Positions 34,895 to 48,844 are shown, counted from the first letter of the stretch. The stretch: DNA of 64,000 bases from Antedon mediterranea (GCF_964355755.1 NC_092679.1:14367432-14431431); one strand, 5' to 3'. Numbers and translations are program-made. The notes: generated by a model not told the origin, from the sequence alone.

Positions 34895-37800
34895 CTAAAT
34901 TACAACATCTGTTTCATTTTCAAGTGTCTGATTCCCTCCTCCGTGCAATTTTAATTGTATCACACTTGTGATAAACAACACAAGCCAACAGATACAAGAA
35001 ATCCATGACGTAATCTGAAAAAAAAAGACAGAAATCGTGAGACTTGGAGCATCTTTTTCGTTGGAACTTAAATAGACTTGCCGCAAGTCTGAATTCATTT
35101 TTTTTTTTCGCGCCGCGCCGCCTTCAGTCAGTTGTATTTTAAGAGAACCGGAAGCATTGTAAACGACGTCACGCGGAAATGCTGAAAAAGTTGCCATTCG
35201 CACACCCAAAAGCAAGCCTGGAAAGAGATGCAGACAGTATGGTATTCAAGGCCTATGATCAATAAACAATGACTGATCCTATATAATATAGTGAGATAGA
35301 TCGGTAGATTGGATCACTGTCTCGAAAAGCGGACCTCTGGAAATAATAATTTCTCAAAATTTGGACCGCCGGTGATGTGGAACGAACTCCCGTCTGTGAT
35401 CCGGGAACAAACCATGGTTTTAAAATTTTAAAAAGCCCTCAAAACACATCTATTTCCTAAGAAGTAACTCATTGTTGGGTCTGCTGATGTAAAGCGCTTT
35501 GATCATTTTACACTAATTTGGAAAAGCGCTATATAAATAAAATAATAATAATAATAATAATATATTTGTATATAATAATATCATTCATTCATTATCATTC
35601 AAAACTATCCTTCCTCTATGGTCAATATTTTGGGCGATTGGTGTGTGTATAGAGAGAAAGAATATTGATTAGTATACGTTTTGGCTGATGTACGACAAAG
35701 ATTCGTTCGAAATATTGTTTACTGGAATGTTGGGGTATGTGGGTCACTACACAACATTAGGGAGTAACACGCCTACCCCGGATTATGCATCTATTTTTAA
35801 AGTTTAAGATTGTATTTTTGTTCTGTACAGTTTAGGCCACGGACTTTGATTGCTTGTTTGATTGATTGGTCGATCTAAATCAACTACAGAAGGCCTGGAA
35901 AACTGATTTAAAAACATTTATGTATTTAAATACTCGATAGGCCTTACTTTCAAATTAATTTTCAGACCATATGTGCCAAAATATTATATTTTTACCAATA
36001 TTAATTCGAAACACAGAACCTTCAAAAGAAGTTAAAAGGTATAGGAAAAAATGCTCCCGGTAGTTTGCGTCGGAGGTCGATGGAGGCGCAGCGATCAAAA
36101 AGACACACGCATGCAAAATTAATACCGTGGCACTCATCATACTACTGTGGTTTATGAAAAAAAATATAATGCCAATTGGTGAGAGTAAAATTACAAAAAT
36201 ATTACCTGGCCACTGTGGAAATATTTGATGAAGTAAAAATGATCATTCTTTCCATATTTCCAGATCACGTTCGTTTGAAACAATCCACAGGGTTGGCTGT
36301 AAATTAATTATAATCTATATTTTTAATCGTTGAATAGGGTCGGTGAAATCTGTCCATTATAAGGGTATAACTCCATTATAGGGGTTTCCATTATAGTGTC
36401 TTATCAACCGATAATGATTGATGCAAGGGACACGCAAACTGATACTTACTCCAGAATTGGTCCACTTTGCAGGCCTTTACACAGCTTGTGGAGTCCGACA
36501 AGAAGGATACAGGCCGATATAAACCCAAGTACGGCGTAGATAATCGATGAAATCGCCATCAGCTTCAGGCGACAGCGCCTAAAATGGTAAAGATAGCCTA
36601 GATTCAAAGTGCATCAACCAGATCAAAATGTGAACAAAATCAGCAGTACGATCAGTGAGATTTTTAAGTGATGTACCGTACACCGTACTATTATACAGTA
36701 CATAGGACATGGATGTATGCTTTTTTTTTCCTTTTTAAACTTACCGAGCGTACTCTTTCTTTGTAACCAGCTTAACAATGAAAAATATAAACCACATACA
36801 ACTAAAAGCACAGGCGGCTGCCTGACTGTTGATGATGTATGAACAGCACCCAGGTCTGGTAGGGAGATTGAAGCAATGTTCTATGCCTTCATCACACGAC
36901 GAACTCCCATCGTACCACTTCATATCAGACAAGATAATACAATGTCCGCCACGTTCCCCCTTATATAAAAGAAAAAAAATCATAGTTGCGCTCCCAAATA
37001 CCTCTCATTATTTGACAATCAAGGAGAGAAAGCGAGAACTAAGATCTAGTCATCAGGTGCTACTACACATTCCGAGGAGCAAACATAGTTGGGGCCGGGA
37101 GATCGGACTTTCAGTCAGTATTGCTGGACCTAGGCTCTGGAACCACACCTACTTGAACATTAAACAAACATCATTATTGAGCACCTTTAAGTTACTACTC
37201 AAAACTTTTTCTGATATTTTTGGCAGCGCCATGAGCAATGACTGTTGGAATGGCGCTATATAAATCGAACGATTGATTGATTGATGATATATTGATTGAT
37301 TTCAATGGCTTTTAATGAATAATAAGTATGGCCTACATTATTGACTAGTATATAATTGTTTGAGCACTCCTCCTGTACCGCTTTACTTTGTTATTACCCC
37401 TGACCTCTAGAGAATATGACTCTCTAGAGTATGTATGTAACATGTTTAATACATTTCTGCAAGTGGGTCGATAATAACATTAACAGTAGGTCATATACTA
37501 TGTAGGCCTATGTTAATTTCATTATGTTGTACTGGCCTTTCAAAACTTTTTGCTATGCTTGTATCATGTATGTTAATTAAACATTAATTGGCATAATCAT
37601 AAAAAATTAACATTTCTCGCAGCTGATTTTTATATTACATAGGCCTATTTGTAGTAGGGCCTACAGTCGACTCTCCCAATACCGGACTCTCTGAAAACAA
37701 GAAACTCTCCCTAAAACCAGACTTTTCTTGAGGAACAAAAACACATTTCGACTGTACCAGACTTACCATGCAGAAAACCAGACATTAAAGTTCTGTAAAA

Positions 37801-38107
37801 ACTAGCTCTGACACTATAACCATTCTGTTGCTATACAACAAACAACAAAGGAGAAATTTAGGATACCTCCACTTTATGGTTTTAGGAATGCGCTGATAAA
37901 ATTAATAGAAAAGAATTAGTATGTAGGCCTATTGGCTTATGTCATAGAAGATTATGATTTCAGACACAATCAGAAAATATTGTAATAAACACGAAATATT
38001 ACCTTAAAAGTTAATATAATCAAAATTACAGTAATTCCTGAAGCAAATGTAACGAAAAGGAGTGCAAGTCGGCCAATGTCCCACATTATCTCTTTACGAT
38101 CAGCCAT
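34895..38107 (-). CDS. TMEM179: TMEM179-like four-transmembrane protein, paralogue A (~219 aa)
   Basis: In-frame GT-AG exons 38107-38003, 36959-36745, 36578-36450, 36296-36206, 35014-34895. Translation MADRKEIMWDIGRLALLF...GGHCII...CSYIINSQ...SACILLVGLHKLC...PCGLFQ...SGQITSWISCICW. Four hydrophobic segments and the Cys spacing resemble the TMEM179 family. Confidence 0.75.
35360..35560 (+). mobile_element. L2-like LINE 3' end fragment
   Basis: Encodes WNELP...LKTHLF-like residues; GTAAAGCGCTTTGA...AAGCGCTATATAAAT followed by a (TAA)n tail. Confidence 0.6.
36990..37300 (+). mobile_element. L2-like LINE 3' end fragment in intron 1 of paralogue A
   Basis: RELRSS..LHIPRSK..SIAGPRLWN..TFKLLLKT; AGCGCCATGAG...GGCGCTATATAAAT followed by a (GATT)n tail. 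Confidence 0.65.
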
Positions 38108-39731
38108 AATGAAAATCACAGGATATCCACAGAACATCGACCGGCGGGATGCATTAAATAATATTGTAACATTCGGGAGTGTGTCCGTTCGTGTATGACG
38201 CCATGTGCAGGTGCAATGAAGCGTTACATTTTCTTTCTCTCTAATATATCTCTACTGTACAAGCTCAAATTTTATACAAATTGTGTATTTTCCTTTTGTC
38301 AGACTTTCATTTCCATTCTTTACATTTTGCGTCTAAATGTAGGTTTAGCTGTTCTTTTTTAGTTTTATACTTTTTCAATTTCTTTTTCACATATATCTCG
38401 TATTTAAGACATAAATACATTCACATAGGCCTACATGGACAAAATATATGAATAAATAATATAAAGATATCATATTATTAAAACATTAGAAAAATAAAAC
38501 CTGAACAATTCGTTAACGCTTACTACATTTGTATGCTTCTTCGTTCCCAATAGAATATCTAACTAAGGTCTAAGACATAAGTCTGGTTTGGCTGATTTTC
38601 AAACTTAATTAATTAAAAACCTGAATAACTATTATTTTACACATTATACGACTTTTTTTAACTTTTCTGTATTAGGTTTAACTTTTCTTTTATTGATATT
38701 TTTTCGAAAACCAGAAAAAATTAACTGTTAAAATCTTATCAAATAAAACACCAAAGAAACAATATTTATACAAAAAAAAACTTTGACGTTTGAGGGCGAT
38801 ATCTATATATAAATTTACGTAAGGGCAAAATTCGGTAAATCGCGCCTTACTTCTAGAATTTTTACTCGATGGTATATAAAGTTGGTTCGTACTTTCGGTA
38901 CTGATTTTAACCACCTGATGTAACCCTGTTTACTAATTAAATTAAGTTAGATAATTAGTTATTGACGATTAAAACGAATTTAGGTTCAACGATTTGCCCC
39001 AAATAGGGGTGTTTTTCGATGGTGGTATACACTGTCTAATGGATGTCCGTCTTGAAAAATACCCGCAGACAATAATACGAGGATGCTTCGCATTTTCCTA
39101 TCTCCTCCTACGATAATTGTTTTTAATGGCTGAAAACCGGTTGAACAGTTCGAGTACAGCATCATAATGTTGAAGACAGGCCGATTTTCTTTAAAAAATA
39201 CTATTTTGATACATTTAATATACGTTTTTACAAATGTATTGATTTGTGATGAATGGAACATTCCAAATTATTTGGTTTAACCATACAGGTATAGATTTAG
39301 ATTTATGGGCCCCCTTGGAGAATAAACATAAATAGTATTGCAATGCTGTACAATACTGTTAAGGTATTAACCACTTTTGATCGCAATTTGAATCGCAAAT
39401 TTCTTACTGTGAGTGTTGGTACTGTTAGATGTAATATAAAAATATATACAAATAAACTTTATTACTGTGAGTGTCGGTAGGCCCTACTGTTAGATTATAA
39501 ACATATAATATACAAATAAATAAACGTTATTACTGACAGTTGCTTCTCAACGTTTGTATTAATTAATAATTTAAAAATATATAAACGTCGTAGTGGTGTA
39601 TCGTTACATGTACTTTACTATTTCAATCGACTATGACAGTGAGAGTTTTAACAAAGTACCGTATTAAATCGTAAATGTTTTACTGTATTTAGTGGTATAT
39701 TATTTATAGGCCTATAAAACATTAAAAACAA

Positions 39732-40099
39732 TATTTCGTTACTGAGTGGATAAGAATATATTTTAAAATGTTTCCTCTTTGTACCTATCTTCTTCCCCCA
39801 TCCCTCAACCCTTAATGTTACATACAAAACACAAATTGGGTTTGTTTAAATGAGTCCAAATAAAAAAAATTTGACTCATTTTGTTTCTCTCTCGGAAGTA
39901 ATTCTCAGGGTGCTAATTTTGGTTGACTACATAAGTCATTGTGTATATTTATTCGTTTCTGTAAACGACAATGTATTATAGTCCTGCAGTACGTACATTT
40001 GAAATCTCCATTTTTTCTCGCTGGAAATACTGTGTATTCGAGAACCATCTGTGGGCACGACCTAGATGGTACGCGAGCGAAGCGAGCGTGCCATCTAGT
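39732..40099 (+). mobile_element. Interspersed repeat ending in a hairpin plus CTAG-T (Helitron-like non-autonomous element)
   Basis: ~370 bp closely similar to 47574-47952; ends CTAGATGGTACGCGAGCGAAGCGAGCGTGCCATCTAGT. Confidence 0.55.
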
Positions 40100-40471
40100 T
40101 TAAGTAAATTAACTTATCACGTCACACTTATAACATCAAATGTGCTTCAAATATTGATATAACTTTTAAATAATACTATTTGATGATCAATAATGGAAAT
40201 ATTTCAAAAGATCTTACTTTCAACCAGGAAGCTGCACAATGCATGTAAAATTGTGAGCGAATATTGAATTTCAGAAAAGCTATAAGTTTTCAGTTTCAGT
40301 TTCAGTTTATTTAGGCCTATCGAACACAAAAAATAAAACAGGTAATAAAATAAGAAGCATTGTGAATGAAAGGAAGACCAAGAAGAGCATAGTTCGTAAC
40401 AGATGGTCACCTAAGAAAAAAATATATATATATATAAAGTAACAAATAAATAAGACAAAACTATAATAAGT

Positions 40472-40505
<34 letters not shown>

Positions 40506-40734
40506 ATAAATATGAATACACATATGTACGTACATTAAAGGTTCTATAAAAGTATACATGCATATAACAAACAAAAAACGTATCACATATGTACACATAT
40601 TTATAAATAATAAAGTGAGAAAAAACAAACAAACATAGGCAAAAATCAACTAATAATATCAAATGGTATTTCTCTTATAGGTAAAAAATAATCATGTGCT
40701 TAAACTAAATATGTAGATAAAAGATACTCTTTAC

Positions 40735-40910
40735 CAAGGCAATCTAACCAGAGCAAGCTGAAGTCCGGAGATCAAGGGTTTATCTGTGGCTGCGACACGA
40801 TCAGTTCCACGCGCGTTAACAGATACCGCGCGCCGCGGAGTATTGTAATAGTATACTGTTGGTATTTGTCACGGGTTCCTTGTAAAGGCCTGTGTTGTTA
40901 GATTGCCTTG
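40735..40910. mobile_element. P-like MITE (copy 2)
   Basis: CAAGGCAATCTAAC...GTTAGATTGCCTTG; TSD eroded. Confidence 0.7.
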
Positions 40911-41133
40911 GTCTTGCATTGACCCTTTTTATTTAAAACTCGATTAACCTTCGAGATTGTCAAGTTTTTCAACGTTTGCTTGTGTAGATAGACCAGTTGA
41001 CAAACTTCGGCAAACTGCAGCAGAAAACAAGTATGCAGAAATCTACAATAGCGCGCAAACTCAGATTAAAAATAAATGGACTGACGCTATGAAATATACT
41101 ATCAATCCATTCTTGTGTGTACGCAAACATATG

Positions 41134-41530
41134 TTTTTAGTCGCGTGGACGCGACTCTATAGTTCACTATGTCGGTCGGTCGGTCTGTCTGTCGGTCTGT
41201 CGGTCTGTCTGTCGGTCCGGTATCACTATGCGTTTTATCGCTTTCTGACCTTATTTTGATATCAGTTTAATCTAAGTCAATTTTTCACAGTATATTCCTT
41301 ATGGCCAGGAATCGATTTGGTTATGTTTTCACGGTGCGCAATAAAAAATTACGCGGTCTACGCACGATTTAACGAAATCACGTTTGTAATCATATCTTCA
41401 CAACCATGAATCACAATTAAATAAAATTTGGTACTCGACTCATAAATTTCAGGGCATAAATCATCATATGGCAATACAATTACGTGCGTAGCGCATGTAA
41501 CGCGTGCGTACGCGCGATTAAAATTTTCAA
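41134..41530 (+). mobile_element. HINE/DINE-1-like (Helentron-associated) element
   Basis: Begins with a T run, then the short palindrome AGTCGCGTGGACGCGACT and a (GTCG/GTCT)n microsatellite. Confidence 0.6.
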
Positions 41531-42085
41531 AATTATGTATACATGCTAAAAAGTAACTTTATTCATGTTTTTTAGTTTTGTTATTAAACATATCATTTAT
41601 GTAATACAGTATACTGTACATTAAGTATAAAGTTGAGAAGAAAACCAAATGATGTACATGGTCCTTCATCATAATGTCCTGTGTAAACATAGCCTATAAA
41701 TATGTGAAACACGAGTTACAATATAATACACCAACATTAAGAAGAAAAGCGACGTGGGAATCAAAACGTGAGGAACAAAAACCGTGAGTTAATCTGAACC
41801 TCCGCTGGGGTTAAATAAAGTTGTATCAAATGACAATATTAATTGAAAACCTCAACCTTAATTAACGCTGCTATAGCGTATACTGTACAGTACTCGAGCG
41901 AAATTGTTCGATATAGATAGAACATTATTTAATAGTTCATTATAATGATGTTATAATTTAAAGTAATATTTATTGTTATGTAATATTTACAAGTAGTCTT
42001 TAATTTTCTGTTTAACTTTTGACCATTAATATCAACTTCCATCACCTAATGTTCACCGGGAAAAATAGAATGAATTCTCTATGAT

Positions 42086-45000
42086 CTAAGTAACAACATT
42101 TGTTTCATTTTCGAATCTCTGTGGTTTTATTCCTCCGTGACACTTTAGTTGTATCACACTTGTGATAAACAAGGCAAGCCAGCAGAGACATGAAATCCAT
42201 GACGTAATCTGGAAAAAAAAGCAATCGTCATGATAGGTCGTTAAAAATGTAAACATCTTTTCATTACCGATTGCTCCGCCGATCGTTTTGCGGATTGATG
42301 GCGGAGAAACCCCCATTCCCAAGCTATTCATTGATAAACAACCTTGTTCATTCCACTTGGTTCATTGATAAATAATTGATTTGAACGCGCATCAAACTAT
42401 TGGAACAAGTCAAAATTCGGAAATAAACAAGCACACAAAACTCGTCAACATGACAAGTTAGGTGATATGCGCATGCCCAACATTAAAAAAAAGATAATAA
42501 GAAAGATAACAAAATTATTACCTGAGCACTGTGGAAATATTTGATGAAATACAGATCATTATTATTTCCAAAGTTTTGCCATTGTGCGTGCGTTTGAAAC
42601 TCTGCACAGGTCCTGAAATAGTGAATCAACATGTTTGTATTTATAAACATATACGTTCAAATAAGGCAATCTAACAACAGCTCTGGAGATCGAAGGGTTT
42701 ATTTGTGGCTGCTGCTGCAGCTCCATGCCCCTTTAATAGACACCGCTCGCCGCGGAGAATATGAGCCTACATAACAATGACAGTACTGTTGGTATTTGCC
42801 GCAGCCAGACATAAGATCAAAGGACTGTTACGAGTTCATATCTTGGCAAGGCGAGCTCAGTCTACTATTGCTAGATTGCCTTGGTTCAAATCCTTCAAAT
42901 ACCTTAATGGTACTCTATAATATAACAGTATTAAAGTGGTGAATTTAGGCATATCTGTAAAAGCTATTGTCATTTTTGTAAATGTGAAATATAAGCTCCA
43001 GGTTGTATACACATACTTACTCTTCTGAAATATGCGGTCCACTTAGCAGGCCTTTACACAGCTTGTGGAGTCCGCCATGAAGGATGCAGGCCGATATGAA
43101 CCCAAGTACGGCGTAGAAAATCGATGAAATCGCCAACAGTATTACAGGCCTAAACCTGGAAGAATTGGACAAAGTAGCTTAGATTCAAAGTAAGTATCGC
43201 TAACGTGAACCTTTATCAAATTGGATTGTGAACAAAAGCAATGGCCTACAAATGTATTTAAATAATTTCCTTTGGATTCAATATTAAAATTCGTGAAGCA
43301 TACTATTTTGTACAATAGGCCTATTATATTTTAGTATAGTATAGTACTGTTGTACATTGTGCATATTTACATAATAGTACCGTACAGTAGTATAATGTCT
43401 ATATTTGGTCATTGTTATACGGTATCTGACAGTTAGCACTAGTAAGTCTATTTGTACTCGGTGTTTAATTTCTGGTATTGGTTTTAAAATGTATTATGGG
43501 CATAAAGGATTTTATTCTGTATTAATCTTAACCATGTGCTTAAACTTCTGTTATTGAACTCAACGTCTAAATTCTTTATTTGTAACCAGTTTAAACTTAA
43601 AACTTGCCGGTTAAACGTTTTATTTGGAACCAGTTTAACCTGTTTTAAAACTCGTTTGAGTAAATTCTTATTTGTAACCAGTTTAAACTTAAAACTTGCC
43701 GATTAAACGTTTGATTTGGAACCAGTTTAACCTGTTTTAAAACTCATTTGAGTAAACTCTTTATATTTGTAACCAGTTTAAATAGATCAAACTTGTTTGA
43801 GTAAATTATTTATTTGTAACTAGTTTAAACTTATTAAACTTACCGGTTAAACCCTTTTATATGGAGCCAGTTTAAATATTTATTAAACTCATTTGAGTAA
43901 ACTCTTTATTTGTAACCAGTTTAATTAGTTATTAAACTTTTTTGAGTCTTTGTAACCAGTTACCAACAATATTAAACTTACTTAGTATACTCTTGACGTG
44001 TAACCAGTTTAACGATGAAAAATATAAACCACATACAACTAAAGGCACAGGCAGCTGCTTGGGTTTTGATGATGTACGAACACGATCCAGGTTTGTTGGG
44101 GATAAGGAAACAGTGTGCTATCCCGTCACTGCATTCACTGTCATCTTCCCACTTCACATCAGTCAATATAATACAATTTCCGTCACATTGTCCCTTTTTA
44201 AAATGAAAATGCAAGGTATTATGGAACACAAAGTGAATTTACAAGATTTAAAATGGTACACATGAAAATGTGATGACATGAAAGATGATATTAATGTGAA
44301 GAAAAGTGGTGTTTACGCCACAAAAGAGATAAAAAAAAGCACGTTTGTGTTAATACATTCGTTTAATTGTCTGTAAAACTAACCATATATTGATAATATA
44401 ACAATTAGTTGCTCTAGGTTTTTTACACACTATTGAAAACATTAATCACTACAAATTCAGAGATTTTAATATAAAGCTTTTTCCCTTCTGCAATCAATTT
44501 TTTGGGAGATCTTTCGTATTTTTTTAGTTGAGTGTGTTTAGCTGTGCCTATATTATTTGTTTTAAAGGCTAGGTGCGGGCAAAAAATTTCTATTGATTAG
44601 GCCTATACATTCTAATAATTATCGATCTTTAGTTTTCCCTATGTTTCATAATTTTTTGGATTTTATTTGTGTTACACGAGCTTGTTGAAAATAAGCACTT
44701 TCTTATCAGTCGGGGGATAGTTCAAATTACACAGTAAAATCTCTATTCTTTTGTACACAAATTTTGTAAATAGAGAGGCAATTTAAAAAGCTATGAAAAA
44801 TAAACGGTGTGGTAAAAAATGTTATCAGATGACTAAATATAGGTAATATAACTTGAATATTACATTTCTGATATTTTTATTCAACTTCAGATTTTTATTT
44901 TCATGCTATAGCAAAAATTATCCACTGTATATCCACCATCTTTTTTCACCGTCTAGGGAGTCATCAGACATGTTATTACATTAGGTTAACTACCTAACAA

Positions 45001-48000
45001 CTGAAAAAAAGTCTTCCTGGTTTTTATTGAAGAATTTTGCCAAATTTTGTATTTGACCATATTAAGGGAAATTCTTGTTTTTTTGTCTCGATTTCTGTTA
45101 CAAATGTTTGATTTATGTACAATTAACCAAATATTATATTTAAAATTCATGCCTGTACCTGAGCTTTATACTGAGTTTGAACTTGATATAATATCTCTAC
45201 GCACATTTATTTTTATAACCTATTTCTGTTTCGTCATGTTTGACTCACGTAAATTGTACTACTGATAGGCCTACTAGTTTTACTAAATGTTTATCCAGGG
45301 TTCGATATGTACATGTACATTTTAGGTACAGTAATTAATATCTTCAATAAGATAAGTTTTTTTTTTATTTTTTTTTTTTTTATTTTATTTCATACTCATC
45401 CAACAGCGAGAAACCCGCCAATTACAGGATGGATAAACTATTTAATAATTTCACAAGACAAACAAGATGCTCTACATAAACAAAGACTTATTATTAAGTC
45501 TTTGGGAGTGGAGTTGTAAATTGTCATGAGAAAAAAACCCTGACATATGACAGGACTTGAATTGAACCCAGGACCCTTAGATTGGTAGCCAAGCATCATA
45601 ACCACCAAGCCACAGCTCCAGTCCAGATTTGAAATTTAGACGATGCGCCTTATAAACATATCAAGACATTAAAACTACGGTAACTATTGATGTAAGTGCG
45701 GCCTCACTGGCCACTTCTTCGAGTTGAAATAAGAACGTAAGAAACACGGAAGGCTTGTAATCATGCAACAATCGAGATATTTTATTGTGTAAATTCTCCA
45801 TATAGTAGTGTAACTTCTTAATACTAACTAAGACCTCCGGTCTATTATACGCTGACATCGTCTCAACTAGCCACACCAGCCAGAGATTTCTAATATACGT
45901 CGACGTCGCCTGGCATTTATGCAAATCAACCCATATAAGGTATCTCGTTTTGATATATTAAAAAGTAGACTTTTAAAATAATGCTTTAGCTTTAGCTTTA
46001 TGTTATTGTTCAAATATTGTATAGGCCTAATACAGTAGATTCAAATTCGAAACAACTTTATTATCCCCAACCCAATGTGAAATTCTTTTAGTCGTGCCAG
46101 ACAAAACAAAATCGATTTAGGAGAAAGAAGGAAGGAAACAGATTTGGTGGAGGCATTCACATGACCCATCAATGCAATGTCACCAGCATCATTAAAAAAA
46201 AAATCAAAAACATCAAAAAGACTTCCCGACTGCGAATGAGCGCTGGTTAAAAAGATCGTCCATATTGTATCTATATATAAATTATGGTTAATTCTGACAT
46301 AGGCGAGCACAATGCAAAAACTTCGGTACAAATCTCCGCCTTGGATACCTACCTTATCTATCTCAGATGTACAGCGAAACGTAGATTTGATAACATTAAT
46401 TTTCACATCAACGCTATTTTTCCATATTTCTATCTTAGGAAGATATTATAATGAGTTTTTTAACACAATTTATGATTTCAACGGTAGATTTTCAACTCAA
46501 TTTCAATTCTTCCCGGGTCAAAGTAATTTCCGGGTTCATCTTGCAACAACCTGGTTTCAACTATTTTCTCTCTTTTATACACAAGGGAGCAGTTAAAATA
46601 ATAGATTTGACCCTAAAGGTAACTGGAAACCGGCACTTTCCATCAATCAATACAGTGTCCCTTTGGAAGAAGGAAGACAAAAACCGATAGTAGGACTGGA
46701 ACTTAAATTGCATAGCCATTTCAGTTTTTTGTTTATTTTAGGAACGGACAGCGCGTGTGTGAAGGTACAGTAGTTTAAAATAAAAATTATACTGCAAATT
46801 AATAAAGATCAAATTAAATATACGCCATAAAGGATCGGAATATATTGTGGGAAATAGTATTATAAAATTACATAGGGAGATTTGATGATAAGACATTTTG
46901 TTTAAAATCGAGTGAAATCCCCATAGTTGATTGAGTATTAGCTGACAGGAATAACTGTAGGCTTTCTGTGTCCCGTTAGGATCTAGATGTCTGCCCATGT
47001 TGCAAGCCATAATGTCTTCTTTCTGGGGTCACTCTGTCACGGCAGTTAGTTTCAAAAGATGTTTAAATTAAATAATGTATTAATAATTATTAGGATAGTA
47101 TTTATTTGAATAAACGCCTCTCCAATAAAACATCACTTTGAATAATAATCATTTTACTATTTGTAGTAGAATTCATCGCACTGTTATCTACAATTTACCA
47201 AGTATTTGTTATTCTTTTTTACTACTTTTCATATCTATTAGAGGATTTCATTTGATTATAAATGTTACCATTATTATTAAAACTAAAAAAATTAACATAT
47301 ATCCCTCGAATAAGCACCTCCCAAAATGAATCCCGCCTCCCCAAAGGGCCCTACAAAACAATAAACACTATACTTTAAAATGTTATTAATCATCTAAAAC
47401 ACTGTGAAACAGAGTAGTTTAGTTTTACGAATGTCAAGCATTTTTAATAATGGTAACCGACAGAAAACGTACAAGGAGAACATTTTTATAATTCCGAGAA
47501 CCATCGTCTACACTTCCTAGAGGGGGAGCGAGCGAAGCGAGCTCACCCTCTAGTATTATTTAAACATGAACAAAATATTTCGTTACTGAGTGGATAAAGA
47601 ATATATTTAAAAAATTTTCCTCTTTGTACCTATCCGCTTTCCCATCCCTCAACCCTAATGTTACATACAAAACACAAATTGGGTTTCTTTAAATGAGTCC
47701 AAATCAAAAATTTGGACTCATTTTGTGATAAGTTTCTCCTTCGGAAGTAATTCCAAGGGTGCTAATTTTAGTTGACTACATAAATCATCGTGTCTATTTA
47801 TTCGTTTCTGTAAACGACAATGTATTATAGCCCTGCGGTACGTACATTAATTGAAATCGCCAGTTTTGTTACGCTGAAATTACTGTGTATTCGAGAACCA
47901 TCTGTGGGCACGACCTAGATGGTACGCGAGCGAAGCGAGCGTACCATCTAGTTAAGTCAACTACACTAAAAGTACAATCTCTCTGACAATGTAGAGGTAT

Positions 48001-48148
48001 ACCTTCATGCTGAAACAATAATATAGCAAACAAAACTCATTACCTTAAAAGTTAATATAACCGAAATGATTGTAATTCCTGAAGCAAATGCTACGAAAAG
48101 GAGTGCAAGTCGGCTAACATCCCAAATTATCTCTTTACGATCAGCCAT
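42086..48148 (-). CDS. TMEM179: TMEM179-like four-transmembrane protein, paralogue B (~221 aa)
   Basis: In-frame GT-AG exons 48148-48044, 44193-43982, 43155-43021, 42612-42522, 42208-42086; same intron positions and phases as paralogue A. Confidence 0.75.
42662..42883. mobile_element. P-like MITE (copy 3)
   Basis: TAAGGCAATCTAAC...CTAGATTGCCTTG with 7-bp TSD GTTCAAA. Confidence 0.75.
43565..43980. repeat. Minisatellite (~45-50 bp) resembling the exon 2 / intron 2 junction of TMEM179-like B
   Basis: TTTGTAACCAGTTTAA...AAACT(C/T)A..GAGTAAACTCTT repeated about 9 times next to the exon end. Confidence 0.85.
45355..45620 (-). mobile_element. tRNA-derived SINE with A-rich tail
   Basis: Minus-strand head GGAGCTGTGGCTTGGTGGTTATGATGCTTGGCTACCAATCTAAGGGTCCTGGGTTCAATTC (A/B boxes), ~170-nt body, poly(A)-like tail at 45355-45390. 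Confidence 0.65.
47574..47952 (+). mobile_element. Helitron-like non-autonomous repeat, second copy; another hairpin-CTAGT end lies at 47517-47554
   Basis: Homologous to 39732-40099. Confidence 0.55.
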
Positions 48149-48844
48149 GATGTCGTGATGGGATTTCCGCATAGAGATATTATACGGTAGTATGTAGGCC
48201 TACTATAAATATCTGTTTGCTTTTCGCAACGATCGAAAAATGATGTACAGTATGCAAATGTACGGTACAATGGTGACGGTACAATAAATGGTGCGAATAA
48301 TTTTGTATTATGATACTGTAGTACATTATACATGTGAAACGAAACGTTTAGAATCGTTTGGATTGTATGGACAGCCACTGGAGCCATAAACTCAAATTAC
48401 TCAATAAAAAGCAGAACTGTTGTGAGGGAGGACATTACCGGTTATAAGTACTTCATCTATCAAGAGTTAAATGCGAGGTGAGAATGTCACATTGAAGATC
48501 TCCTCTTACTTTGCAATTTATACTACCAAAGTCTGCATGACTCTTGAGTTAATAAAAAGACATTTTAATATTTAGACAGTAACATTTTTAGCATGACACC
48601 CAAAATGTAAAATAAAGGCAATTCTTGGACCCTACTTTACGTACTTAAAAATAACGCAGGATCGCTTAGACAGGTGCAAAAAAAGATCAGCAAGACTCCG
48701 TATAACAAGGTTGAAAGCTTTGAAGAAGTTATATTCACACACTTAAATTCAGAAGAAAGGGGAGTGATTTAACAGTTTACAGAACTCGGTACTTCATGTC
48801 TACAGACATCTGGTAGCCATTGGCATAAAGTTGACATTTGGATT

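Noticed and set aside
45548-45620. tRNA-Gly/Val gene on the minus strand
   Set aside because: Acceptor and T stems pair poorly, and it is followed by a body and an A-rich tail, so it is better explained as a SINE head.
46041-47010. Possible coding exons or transposase in TMEM179-like B intron 1
   Set aside because: No recognisable motifs or consistent splice phases in the short ORFs.
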